Assembly (NCBI GenBank): GCA_964187785.1
Contig: OZ076409.1
Span: forward strand, 73,348,001 to 73,412,000
Length of the DNA: 64,000 nt
From: Amphiscolops sp. MND2022
Lineage: Eukaryota
Direction: 5' to 3'
A program made the translations under genes and the position numbers. The notes beneath the pieces are model-generated. The model did not search any database. It had not been told where the DNA came from and saw nothing but the letters and a program-made list of their open reading frames with translations. Shown here in pieces: positions 38,001 to 51,704 of the stretch (its first letter is position 1; each line of letters starts with the position of its first letter).

Positions 38001-39799
38001 AGAAAACTATCACATACCAATCAACTCTACTTTCATTGCAGATGAACAGAATTTTGTTTAGAATAAATTTTACCGGATAATAAAAAAATTTGATTCCTTC
38101 TAAAATGGGCCAAAATTACACGAAAAAATGGACCTAAAAATTTTAAAATGTCAAAAAATCATCAAAACCACGGCTTCTTGGGGTTCTATCAACTCCACGT
38201 GGTCCACAGAGTATGCCTAACCCGGTTTTACCCATCTTTGAGCAAAATGTGAAAATACCGACATTTTTGGAAAAGAAAAACATGCCATTTTCTAATAAAT
38301 TTCAAATGCACGCCATTTGCTGTATGAGAATAACACAGAAAGCTGTCACATACCGATCAACTCTACTTCCATTGTAGATTATCAGAAGTTTGTTTAGAAT
38401 AAATTTTGATGGATAATAAAAAAAATTGAATCCATCAAAAATGGGCCAAAATTACACAAAAAAATTGACATTAAAATATCAAAATGTCAAAAAATCATCA
38501 AAACCACAGTTTCTTGGCGTTCTATCAACTCCATATGATACCAAACCAGGTACTGCCAATCGTTTGGGTTATAATAAAAAAACGTCTTTTTTGGCAAGAA
38601 TTCCATACCATAAATAATAATCATGTTCCATATAAGAAGCGAATCATTTCAGATATATACCCTGTTCATTTTTTTAATATTACCGATTATTAATTTAATA
38701 GATGTTTTGAATGTGAGCTTCCTAAAAGGTTCAGGTGTGATGATACGTAAATAGAACCTTAGTTTCATCGAAATCTCAATTGAATATGTCCAATCTTAAC
38801 CATCAGATAACAAGAAACACTTAAGTACATTCCATCTCCCCATCGGGGGAGATGAGAATGTACTTTCGAGAAGCCAAATACGTCCAACATTCAAACTTTT
38901 GTAACTTTGTATGTAACTCCTGAAACGAAGAAGGAATAAAATTGTTTCTGGTACATACATGAGTCTTTACTTCAGCTTCTATTTCTGCTGAACAAAACCA
39001 TTCGACTCTTTTGCCGGAGTTAAGATCGATTGTATTACCCAGTGAACAAAGGCATGACTGAAAACGTTTACTACTTTGTTCATAATTTTCCGGCCTTCCG
39101 AAATGATGAAACGTCCACATAGCTAAGATAGCAAGTGAATGACTGCGAAATGCACCTTATTAGATGAGGTAAATAACGTGTAAAACTCTCCTTTATCCTA
39201 ACATGAGGTTGAGTAATGATCATTTGAGAATAGTTTGATATGTGAATACAATAGTATAAAACAAGTACATTTTATATGAATAACGCCGTGGAAAGCGTTC
39301 AGAAAGGACAGTAGGCTTGTTTGGAACATGTATGTGTGGTGTCCCTTGGTGGCGTTCGCTTAGTGTATATGTCGAGGGATATTCGAGTTGTTATGATAGA
39401 ATTTACACACAAGTCTTTTGTTTTTTGGTTTTTTTTTAAAATGTCGTTAAGTACCTGCATTCTATCCCCTTTTCAGAGATGACGTGAAGTTACGTTTGCT
39501 AAATAAATGTCATCGAAAGATCACACTCCCGACGAAATTAACTATTTTAACACGTGTTTAGAATTTTAAATAAACAACCGTATAAGATTTTTATATTTCA
39601 TTGAGTTTGATGAAGTCTTTTGTTCTTCTCACTACTATTTCAACCAATACACATATCCGTTACCATATCACATGTCTCCATTAGTACAACGCCACATAGC
39701 GTTCCGACGCCCACAGTCTGTGGGCATGCCGAGGCATGCCCTTCGACGACGTATGGCAAATGGAGCCATGCCCGCCGTCTTTACGGCGGTAGCGGCTAG
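35038..39799 (+). mobile_element. Long-class unit, 4762 bp (H4, tail h)
   Basis: Copy of 25512-30273 with a different head. Confidence 0.72.
37273..38610 (+). repeat. 4 x ~336-bp tandem repeat
   Basis: Same monomer; ends approximate. Confidence 0.85.
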
Positions 39800-41772
39800 G
39801 TGGGCGGGGATTTCACCCCAAAAAAAACTAGAGCGGCGGGTAGGGTCCTGCCGCGAACTCCCAAAACAGCTATCGCTTATAAGAAAAAGCACACCCTCAA
39901 CAGCCGATTTTAAAATCTAACCGTACGATTCTTCTCATTTTTTGCATGCGGCCCTAATTTGCCCATACGAGACGAAGTTCCTGCTGACGTTAAGCCCTAA
40001 AAACATTATAAAAAAAGTTATGGCCAATTTTTGGTCCCCATTAGATGTAAAAATCATGAAATTTTTCATAAAAGGGCAAATATCTCTAAATGCAATAATT
40101 TTTCGATTTTGATTGTGAAACAAGCTCGGAACCTTCATTTCGTGACCGTGGCAATGCACTAAGCACAAAAGACGTAAACTTTTAACATTTTTTGAAAATT
40201 CGACAAACTCGATTTTTTTTTCACTCTTATCAGTACCTCATATGTCAAAAACACCTCTGAAAAAGTTTTTTATTTGCTTTAAATTGGAAACCTTGGTATT
40301 CATGGTTTCTGATGGAACCTACTCGCTGCCACAGACTCAACAGTGAGCATCAATTATGAAATAAAATATTTTTTCGATGTCATAAGTGTTTCACAAGGTT
40401 TTCATAACTTAGTAATAAATTACAAATTGATCATTTTCAACATAATATTTTTGTCGAGACATGTCGGATATAGTCTAAATGCTCACGAACGGCCCTACTG
40501 GCAACGTAGGAACCATTTATATTAAAAAAAAGTATTTTAAAAAATTTTTCACCTGGTCTTCAGTCATTTTTCAGACATTCGGAACTTAACTTAGAAAATT
40601 TTCGTCTCAAATACCCAATTTTGGTAAAGTCGAAATTTGAAATTCAGCTTTTGAAGCTAAATTATTTACTCTGACGTAACCAGTGGGGCTAATGATACTC
40701 AACAACACAGTTGAGACTGTTACCAGTGGCTCCAATGACATATGAACCGCGATAAGACGTTATTCAGAGCAAAACCCAAACATCGAAGTAAACATCTCGG
40801 AAGCCTGGGATCACAAGGAGAAGTGATTACCTCAAAAAATTACTTTTTTTTGTCAATTACTATGTACACAGTATGCGTTGGGCAAGTTTCATTACTATCA
40901 TGAGGGTTTTGAAGAAATTCGGTTGCTCAAGGGGTGGTATGGGACACAATTCTCTCATATACAACTAATTTTCCACAAACTTTTGGAGTATTATCTCTAA
41001 GCGATAACTTAACTAAACTCTTTTTCATACCTAATTCAGTTATTAGGATATAGATGAACCCTGTTGTTGATAAGAAACCCTCAAATGTTATGTTTTTAAA
41101 AAAATTACCTTCGCATGTGTTACATTTGTAGCATGAAAAAAAGCAGACGTCTAAAAATACGCAATTTTACGAAGATAGGATTGCGATTATTGTACCCAAA
41201 AAAATTTAACTGCTTCTAACTTCCTCTTACGTACTCAAAATGATTGAAAAAACCGTTTACAATGCGCACATTAGCTTTTTCTACGTTCCAGGATGCACAA
41301 CTTCAGCACATTTTACATGTAGCTGTTAACTGATTCTTGTGATAGACTTTCAAGTTGGCCTTGTGTCAACTTGGCAAGACTATCACCACAAAAAACTATA
41401 AACAAAATTACTTCTCGTTTATAAGACAATGCTGTTGATGATTAACTTCGTGATTATATCCCACCGTTAGTACCATCCAGCAGGTCAGATAACAATTGCA
41501 TTCAGTCTTCGATAAAAACCTATGAAATCAAAAACATTTTTTATCGTTTTTTTTCTAAAAGTAGAATTTTATTTTATTACCAACTTAAAAAACTCTAACT
41601 TTCACATTCGTTACCGTTATCAGCCACACCAATTGCGTGCGGCCTCGCAGTGTTAGTAGTACAACGCCACATAGCGTTCCGACGCCCACCGTCTGTGGGC
41701 ATGCCGAGGCATGCCCTTCGACGACGTATGGCAAATTCGCCCCTGCGAGGTCACTACCGCGGTAGCAGCTAG
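39800..41772 (+). mobile_element. Short-class unit, 1973 bp, diverged (unique head H5)
   Basis: Colinear with other short units but with many substitutions. Confidence 0.7.
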
Positions 41773-43762
41773 GTGGGCGGGGGTAATTCCCCAACAAAAA
41801 TTACGGCCGGCGGGTTGGGTCCTGCCGGACGTCAAATAGCAAAGAATATCTAGTAGGAAACGGCGACACAGAATCGCGATTTTTAAATCTAACCACAATT
41901 TTTTGGACTTGGAGTGCATGCGGCCCTGAAATGCCCATACGAATCGAAGTTCCTTCTGACGTTAAGCGATTGAAATAATATATAAAAAGTTATGGCCCAT
42001 TTTCCACTCACATAGAAGGGCAAAATGAGGAAAATTTTAACAAAAGCGCTGATATCTCAAAATGTGTTAATTTTTGGACTTTGACTGTGAAACAAGCTTG
42101 GAACCTTCATTTGGTGGCTGTGGCATTGCACCGAACACAAAAGCTGTGAAGTTTTTACATTTTTTGAAAATTCGAAATTTTTGAAATTTTTTTCACTACT
42201 ATCAGTACCCCATATGTAAAAAACACCTCAGAAAAAAATTTTTAATTGCTTTAAACTGGAAACCTTGGTATCCATGGTTTTTGTCGGAACCTACTCGCAG
42301 CCAAACACCCAACAGTTTGCATCCAATGTGAAATAAAAAATTTTTTCGATTTCATAAGCGTTTCACAAGGTTTTCATGTTTTAGTATTAAATTACATAGT
42401 TGTCATTTTAAACATAAAATTTTGGTCCAGGTATGTCGGATATAGTCTGAATGCTCACGAACGGTCCTACTGGCAACGTAGGAACCATTTATAGTAATAA
42501 AAAGTAATAAAAAAAATTTTTTAACCGGTCTTCAGTCATTTTTCAGACATTCGGAACTTAACTTAGAAAATTTTCGAACCAAATACCCATTTTTTGTCAG
42601 GTCGAAAATTGAAATTCAGCTATTAAAGCAAAATTTTTTACTCTGACGTAACCAGTGGGGTCCATGATACTCAAAAATACGTTTGGGACTGGTACCAATG
42701 GCTCCTATATCATATGAGCCGCGATAAGACGTTATTTTGAGCAATACGTCTCAATTGAGGTAAACATCTCGCAAGCCTGGGATCACAGTGAAATGTAATT
42801 TCATCAAAAAATTACTCATTTTCGTCAATCACTATGTGCAGAGAGTGGGTAGGGTGAGTTCCAACACTATAATGAGGTTTTTGAAGGCATAGGGTTGCTC
42901 AAGGGGTGGTATGAGTCATTACTTTCCTCTATACAACTGTATTTTCAAAAACTTTTAGCCCATTATCTGGAAAAATTAACTTGACAAAATACTTTCAATT
43001 ACTTTATTCAAAGGTTACAATATAGATGAACACTGTGGTTGATCAGAAACTTTCATCTCTTTCGTTTTCTGAAATAACTCCTTTCAAATGTGTTACATTT
43101 GTAGCAGGAAAAAAAACTGAAACTAAGAAATACGCGATTTTGCTGAGATAGAATCGCAATGGTTGCGCCTAAAATCTCTTTAAATACTTCTAACGCGACT
43201 TTACGGACCCAAAATGATTGAAAATGCCATTCACAATGCTGACATCTGCTCTTTCTACGATCCTGGCTGGACAAGTTTTGCATTTTTTTCAAGTACCTGT
43301 TAACTGAACATTGTGATAGCCTTTCAAGTTGGCCTTGTGTCAACTTGGGAAGGCTGTCACATCAAAAAACTGTCAACAAAAATACTATTTGTTTATAGGA
43401 TATTGCTGTCGAGGCTTCACTTCGTGATTCGATCATGTCGTGAGTTCCTTCCATCAGGTCAGCTAACATTTGGATTCAGTGTTGGATAAGAACCTATGAT
43501 TTTCATGACAATTTTAGTTCTTTTTTGCTAACAAAAAGTACAAATAAATGATATAAAACATATTTGTAACCTTTAGGAAGTTTAACTTTACCTTTATTTA
43601 CCGTTACCATCGCCACCCACCCCCTACGACCTCGCAGTGTCCTCATTACAACGCCACATAGTGTAGCGACGCCCACAGTCTGTGGGCATGCCGAGGCATG
43701 CCCTTCGACGACGTATGGCAAATATAGCGTTAGCCCGCGGTCACTACCGCGGTAGCAGCTAG
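41773..43762 (+). mobile_element. Short-class unit, 1990 bp (H4, tail c)
   Basis: Body and tail match 6026-8015. Confidence 0.72.
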
Positions 43763-45745
43763 GTGGGCGGGGGTAATTCCCCTTCAAAAAATTCGGCCGG
43801 CGGGTTGGGTCCTGCCGGACGTCAAATAGTGTGAAACATCCAGTAGGAAACGGCGACATAAATCAGCGATTTTAAAATTTAACCGTTAGAATTCGGACTT
43901 GGAGTGCATGCGGCCCCAAAATGCCCATACGAATCGAAGTTCCTGCTGACGTTAAGCAATAAAAACACTTTATAAAAAGTTATGGCCCATTTTACGTTCA
44001 CTTAGAGAGGTAAAATGAGGAAAATTTTAACAAAGTTGCTGATAACTCAAAATACATTAATTTTTGGACTTTGACTGTGAAACAAGCTTGGAACCTTCAT
44101 TTCGTGGCTGTGGCATTGCACTGAACACAAAAGATGTAAAATTTTTACAATTTTTGAAAATTCGACATTTTTGAAATTTTTTTCACTACTATCAGTACCC
44201 CATATGTCAAAAACGCCTCAGAAAAATATTTTTATTTGCTTTAACTTGGAAACCTTGGTATCCATGGTTTCTGTCGGAACCTACTCGCAGCCAAACACCC
44301 AACAGTTTGCATCCAATGTGAAAATAAAAATTTTTTCGGGGTCATAAGCGTTTCACAAGGATTTCTCAACTTAGTATTAATTTACAAATTGGTCATTTTG
44401 AACACACTATTTTCATCGAGGCTTGTCGGCTATAGCCTTAATGTTCTAGAACGGTCCCACTGGCAACGTAGGAACCATTTATAGTAATAGAAAGTTTTAA
44501 AAAAATATTTTCACCCGGTCTTCAGTCATTTTTCAGTCATTCGGAACTTAACTTAGAAAAATTTCGACCAAAATACCCATTTTTTGTCAGGTCGAAAATT
44601 CAAAATCAGATTTTTAAGCAAAATTATTAACTCTGACGTAACCCATGGGGCCCATGATACTCAAAACAACGATTGACACTGGTATCAATGGCTCCAATAA
44701 CATATGAGTCGCGATAAGACGTTATTTTGAGCAATACGTCTCAATTGAGGTAAAGATCTCGCAAGCCAGCGATCACTGTAAAATGCGATTTCATCAAAAA
44801 TTTACCCATATTTGTCAATCACTATGTGCACAGAATGCGTAGGGTGCGTTTCAGCTTTATAATGAGGTTTTTGAAGGCATCGAGTTGCTCAAGGGGTGGT
44901 ATGAGACATTTTTGTCCCATATACTACTGTATTTTCCAAAATTTTTAGCCCAATATCTGGAAATACAAACTTGACAAAATACTTTCAACTACTTTATTCA
45001 AAGGTTACATTATAGATGAACACTGTGGTTGATCAGAAACTTTCATCTCTTTCGTTTTCCGAAATATTTCCCTTCGCATGTGTGATATTTGTAGCAGAAA
45101 AAAAATCGAAACTGAAAAATACGCTATTTTGCTGATATAGAATCGCAATGATTGTGCCTAAAAACTCTTTAAACACTTCTAACGCAACCTTACGCACCCA
45201 AAATGATCGAAAATGCTATTCACAATGGTGACATGTGCTCTTTCTACGATCCTGGCTGAACAAGGTTTGCATATTTTTCAAGTACCTGTCAGCTGAATCT
45301 TGTGATAGCCTTTTAAGTTGGCCTTGTGTCAACTTGGGAAGGCTATCACATCAAACAACCATCAACAAAAATAGTTTTTGTTTATTGGATATTACAGTCG
45401 ATACGTTTTTTCGTGATTCTATACTACCGTTAGTACATTCCATCAGGTCACCTTACGATTGCATTCTCTCTTTGATAAAAACATATGAACTCAAAGTCAC
45501 ATTTATATACTTTTGGCCCAACAAAATTATCAAAAACATCTAAAACATATAAAATAAAGTCTTTAACATTTTTACGTTTCAAGTTTCAACCGTTATTAAG
45601 CCAATCAACGTCCTAGAGCCACATCCTGTCATACTGTACAACGCCACATAGTGTTGCGACGTTCACGGTCTGTGGGCATGCCGAGGCATGCCCTTCGACG
45701 ACGTATGCCGAATACCGCGGGCCGACGCCCGCGCTCCCCGGCTAG
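43763..45745 (+). mobile_element. Short-class unit, 1983 bp (head H6, tail b)
   Basis: Bounded by junctions; has the tail b hairpin. Confidence 0.72.
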
Positions 45746-47737
45746 GTGGGCGGTAGGTTTCCCGTAGTCAAAAAAAAATTGCAGGCCGGGGTAGGGGCCC
45801 TGGCCGAGGCAAAATACCATAGAATAGGTACCAAATTATGTGAGTTTAGAAAATTGAGCCATACAAATTCTCTGAAAATTGCTGTGTGTACCCTATCGCC
45901 CAATCTAAGAACTTTTTCCTGCTGACGTTTTGCCCTCCAAATGTTACTAATATGACTTTTTGAAAAATTTATCTCTGGTTTTTCATCAAAAATAGTGATT
46001 TTGGCAATTTTTGTGAAATATCTCTGATTGCATTAATTTTTGGACGTTGACTGTGAAACAAGCTCGGAACCATCATTTCGTGACCATGGCAATGCACTAA
46101 ACACAAAAGATGTAGAGTTTTTAAATTTTTTGAAAATTTGACATTTTTAAATTTTTTTCACTACTATCAGTACCATATATGTCAAAATAACCTCAGAATT
46201 TTTTTTATTTTATTTAATTTAGAATCCTTGCTATCCATGGTTTCTGTTAGTATCTACTCGCTGCCAGAGACTCAACAGTTAGCATCGAATCTGAAATTAA
46301 ACATTTTTTCGAGGTCATAGGTGTTTCACAAGGATTTCACAACATAGTCTTGTTTTACAAATAGGTCATTTACAACATCATATTTTCATCGAGGCATGTC
46401 GGATATAGTCTTATTGCTCACGAACGGTCCTACTGGCAACTTAATAACCATTTATAGAAATATAAAGTTTTAAAAAAATCTTTTCACCCGTTCTTCAGAC
46501 ATTTTTCAGACATTAGGAACTTAACTTAGAAAAATTTCGTCTCAAAAACCCATTTTTCGTCAGGTCGAAATTTGAAATTCAGCTTTTGAAGCACAAATAT
46601 GCACTCTGACGTAACCAGTAGGGCCAATGATACTCAACAACACCATTGAGACTGGTATCAGTCGCTCCAAAAACATATGAGCCGTGATAAGACGTTTTTT
46701 TCAACAATACTGTTCAATTGATGTAAACATCGCGGAAGCCTTGGATTACAGTGAAAGTTGATTTGAACAAAAATTTACTCTTTTTTGTCAATCACTATGT
46801 AGACAGAATGCGTAGGGTAAGTTTCAGCACTAATATGAAGATTTTGAAGGAATCGGGTTGCTCAAGCCGTGGTATGAGACACTTTTTTCTCATATACTAG
46901 TGTTTTTCGAAACCTTTTCGTTAAATATCTCGAAAAGCAAACAATAAAAAATACTTTCTGATATCTAATTTAATTCCTAGAATATAAATGAATCATGTGG
47001 TTGATCAGAAACTCTCTACTTTAATGTTTCCAGAAAAAAATCCCTTCCCATGTTTTATATCTGTAGCAGTAAAAAAAGTAGACGCTAAAAAATACGCTAT
47101 TTTGCTAAGATTGAATTGCAATTGTTTTGCTTTAAAACTCTTTTAATACTTCTAACGCCACCTTAAGGACTCAAGATGATTGAAAATGTCAATCACAATG
47201 CTGACATGTAGTCTTTCTACGATCCTGGCTGGACAGATTTTGATTATTTTTCAAGTACCTGTTAACTGAATCTCGTGATAGCCTTCTAAGTTGACCTTCT
47301 GCGTCAACTTGAGAAGGCTATCACTAAAATAAACTAAATTCTGATTTGTTTGTTTGTTCCTAACGTCTTTTGGTACGATCGTTTTACGGTTAGTTGGTTA
47401 AACCAGGTCGCTTATACTTCCACAATTTTCGACCACCGTCCGTGTATTCGGTTCACACGACTTTACATTTTCAGTCGTTTGTTTTCGATAACTATCACAA
47501 TGTACTGCCATTAGCGCAAAATTCATACTAGCACTTTGTTGGTTGAAATACTTAAACAACTGTTTCCATAGTTATTCGCGGTGATGGTACAATCCGCGCG
47601 CCTACATACCTACGGCGTCTTGTCACTACAACGCCACATAGGGAAACAACGCCCATAGTCCGTAGGCATGCCGAGGCATGCCTTTCGACGACGCGCGCCA
47701 AATCTATGCGCGCCCGCACTTGTGCGGTAGCTGCTAG
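45746..47737 (+). mobile_element. Short-class unit, 1992 bp, strongly diverged head and unique 3' segment
   Basis: Middle is colinear with short units; 47325-47625 is unlike other units; ends CCGCAC-tt-GTGCGG tagctg CTAG. Confidence 0.7.
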
Positions 47738-49724
47738 GTGGGCGGGGGTAATTCCCCAACAAAAATTACGGCCGGCGGGTTGGGTCCTGCCGGACGTTCA
47801 AATAGCGCGAAGCATCTAGTAGAAAACAAGGAGTCCTGAAACAGCGATTTTAAAATTGAACCGTTAGAATTTGGTTTTAGATTGCATGCGGCCCTAAAAT
47901 CCCCATACGAATGGAAGTTCCTGCTGGCGTTAAGCGATTGAAATAATATATAAAAAGTTATGGCCCATTTTTGGGTCACCGAGAAGGTCAAAATGAAGAA
48001 AATTTTAACTAAGTTGCTGATAACTCAAAATGTGTTAATTTTTGGACTTTGACTGTGAAACAAGCTTGGAGCCTTCATTTCGTGGCTGTGGCATTGCACT
48101 GAACACAAAAGATGTAAAGTTTTCACATTTTTTGAAAATTCGACATTTTTGATTTTTTTTTCACTACTATCAGTACACTATATGTCAAAAACACCTCTGA
48201 AAAATTTTTTTATTTGCTTAAATTTAGAAACCTCGGTATCCATGGTTTCCGTCAGTACCTACTCGCTGCCAAACACTCAACAGTTTGCATCCAATGTGAA
48301 AATAAAATTTTTTTCGAGGTCTTAGGTGTTTCACAAGGATTTCTCAACTTAGTATCAATTTACAAATTGGTCATTTTGAACACATTATTTTCATCGAAGC
48401 GTGTCATATACCGCCCTAATGCTCACGAACGGTCCTACTGGCAACGTTGGAACCATTTATAGTAATAAAAAGTTTTAAAAAATTTTTTTCACCCCGTCTT
48501 CAGTCATTTTACACTCTTTCGGAACTTAACTTAGAAAAATTTCAACCAAAAACCCATTTTTTGTCAAGTCGAAAATTCAAATTCAGCTTTTTAAGCAAAA
48601 TAAATAAATCTGACATAACCAGTGGGGCCCATGAAACTCAAAACCACGATTGAGACTGGTATCAATGGCTCCAATAACATATGAGTCGCGATAAGACGCT
48701 ATTTTGAGCAAAACATCTCAATTGAGGTAAAGATCTCGCAAGCCAGCGATCACTGTGAAATGTGATTTCATCAAAAATTTACTCTTTTTTGTCAATCACT
48801 ATGTGCACAGAATGCGTAGGGTGCGTTTCAGCACTATAATGAGGTTTTTGAAGGCATCGAGTTGCTCAAGGGGTGGTATGAGACTTTTTTGTCCCATATA
48901 CTACTGTAGTTTCCAAAATTTTTACCCCAAAAACTGGAAATACAAACTTGACAAAATACTTTCAACTACTTTATTCAAAGATTACAATATAGATGAACAC
49001 TGTGGTTGATAAGAAACTTTCATCTCTTTCGTTTTCGGAAATATTTCCGTTCGCATGTGTTACATTCATAGCAGAAAAAAAATCGAAACTGAAAAATACG
49101 CTATTTTGCTGATATAGAATCGCAAAGATTGTGCCTAAAAACTCTTTAAACACTTCTAACGCAACCTTACGCACCCAAAATGATCGAAAATGCTATTCAC
49201 AATGGTGACGTGTGCTCTTTCTACGATCCTGGCTGGACAAGGTTTGCATATTTTTCAAGTACCTGTCAGCTAAATCTTGTGATAGCCTTTTCAGTTGGCC
49301 TTGTGTCAACTTGGGAAGGCTATCACATCAAAAAACCATCAACAAAAATAATTTTTGTTTATTAGATCTTACAGTCGATACTTTTTTCGTGATTCTATGC
49401 TACCGTTAGTATATTTCATCAGGTCACCTTATGATTGCATTCAGTCTTTGATAAAAACCTATGAACTCAAAGTCACATTTATATATTTTTTTGCCAGAAA
49501 ATAACATCAAAAATATCTAAAATATATAAAATAGAGTCTTTAACATTTTTACGTTTCAAGTTTTTGCCGTTATTAGGCCAATCAACGTCCTAGAGCCACA
49601 TCCTGCCACATACTGTACAACGCCACATAGTGTTGCGACGTGCACAGTCTGTGGGCATGCCGAGGCATGCCCTTCGACGACGTATGCCGAATACCGCGGG
49701 CCTACGCCCGCGCTCCCCGGCTAG
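47738..49724 (+). mobile_element. Short-class unit, 1987 bp (H1, tail b)
   Basis: Close copy of 4038-6025. Confidence 0.72.
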
Positions 49725-51704
49725 GTGGGCGGGGGTAATTCCCCAGCAAAAAATACGGCCGGCGGGTTGGGTCCTGCCGGACGTCAAATAGTGTGAAACA
49801 TCCAGTAGAAAACGGGGGTAATTATCAGCGATTTTAAAATTTAACCGTTAGAATTCGGACTTGGATTGCATGCGGCCCCAAAATGCCCATACGAATCGAA
49901 GTTCCTGCTGACGTTAAGCGATAAAAACACTTTATAAAAAGTTATGGCCCATTTTACGTTCACTTAGAGAGGTAAAATGAGGAAAATTTTAACAAAGTTG
50001 CTGATAACTCAAAATACATTAATTTTTGGACTTTGACTGTGAAACAAGCTTGGAACCTTCATTTCGTGGCTGTGGCATTGCACTGAACACAAAAGATGTA
50101 AAGTTTTCACATTTTTTGAAAATTCGACATTTTTGATTTTTTTTCACTACTATCAGTACACTATATGTCAAAAACACCTCTGAAAAAATTTTTTATTTGC
50201 CTAAATTTAGAAACCTCGGTATCCATGGTTTCCGTCAGTACCTACTCGCTGTCAAACGCTCAACAGTTTGCATCCAATGTGAAAATAAATTTTTTTTGGA
50301 GGTCTTAGGTGTTTCACAAGGATTTCTCAACTTAGTATCAATTTACAAATTGGTCATTTTGAACACATTATTTTCATCGAAGCGTGTCATATACCGCCCT
50401 AATGCTCACGAACGGGCCTACTGGCAACGTTGGAACCATTTGTAGTAATAGAAAGTTATAAAAAAAATTTTTCACCCGGTCTTCAGTCATTTTTCACACA
50501 TTCGGAACTTAACTTAGAAAAATTTCAACCAAAAAACCCATTTTTTGTCAAGTCGAAAATTCAAATTCAGCTTTTTAGGCAAAATTATTAAATCAGACAT
50601 AACCAGTGGGGCCCACGAAACTCAAAACCACGATTGACACTGGTATCAATGGCTCCAATAACATATGAGTCGCGATAAGACGTTATTTTGAGCAATACGT
50701 CTCAATTGAGATAAACATATCGCAAGCCAGGGATCACTGTGAAATGTGATTTCATCAAAATTTTACTCATTTTCGTCAATCACTATGTGCACAGAGTGCG
50801 TTGGGTGAATTCCAGCACTATAATGAGGTTTTTGAAGGCATCGAGTTGTTCAAGGGGTGGTATGAGGCATTTTTTTCTTGTATACTACTGTATTTTCCAA
50901 AACTTTTTGCCCATTATCTGGAAAAACTAACTTGACAAAAAACTTTCAATTATTTTATTCAAAGGTTACATTATAGAAGAACCCTCTGGTTGATCAGAAA
51001 CTTTCATCTCTTTCGTTTTCCGAAATAATTCCCTTCGCATGTGTTATATTTGTAACAGGAAAAAATCCAAAACTAAAAAATACGCAATTTTGCTGAGATA
51101 GAATTGCAATGGTTGCGCCTAAAATCTCTCTAAATACTTCTAACGCCACCTTACGGACCCAAAATGATTGAAAATGCCATTCACAATGCTGACATGTGCT
51201 TTTTCTACGATCCTGGCTGAACAAGTTTTGCATATTGTTCAAGTACCTGTTAACTGAATTTTGTGATAGCCTTTCAAGTTGGCCTTGTGTCAACTTGGGA
51301 AGGCTGTCACATCAAAAAACTGTCAACAAAAATACCATTGGTTTATAGGATATTGCTGTCGATGCCTAATTTCGTGATTCGATCATGTTGTATGTTCCTT
51401 CCATCAAGTCAGCTAACAATTTGATTCAGTGTTTGATAAGAACCTATGATTTTCATGACAATTTTCGTTTTTTTTGCTAACAAAAAGTACAAATAAAGGA
51501 TATAAAACATATTTGTAACCTTTAGGAAGTTTAACTTTACCTTTTTTAACCGTTACCATCACCACCCACCCCCTACGACCTCGCAGTGTCATCATTACAA
51601 CGCCACATAGTGTTGCGACGTGCACAGTCTGTGGGCATGCCGAGGCATGCCCTTCGACGACGTATGCCGGATACCGCGGGCCTACGCCCGCGCTCCCCGG
51701 CTAG
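49725..51704 (+). mobile_element. Short-class unit, 1980 bp (H6, hybrid c/b tail)
   Basis: Near-identical to 60899-62877. Confidence 0.72.
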
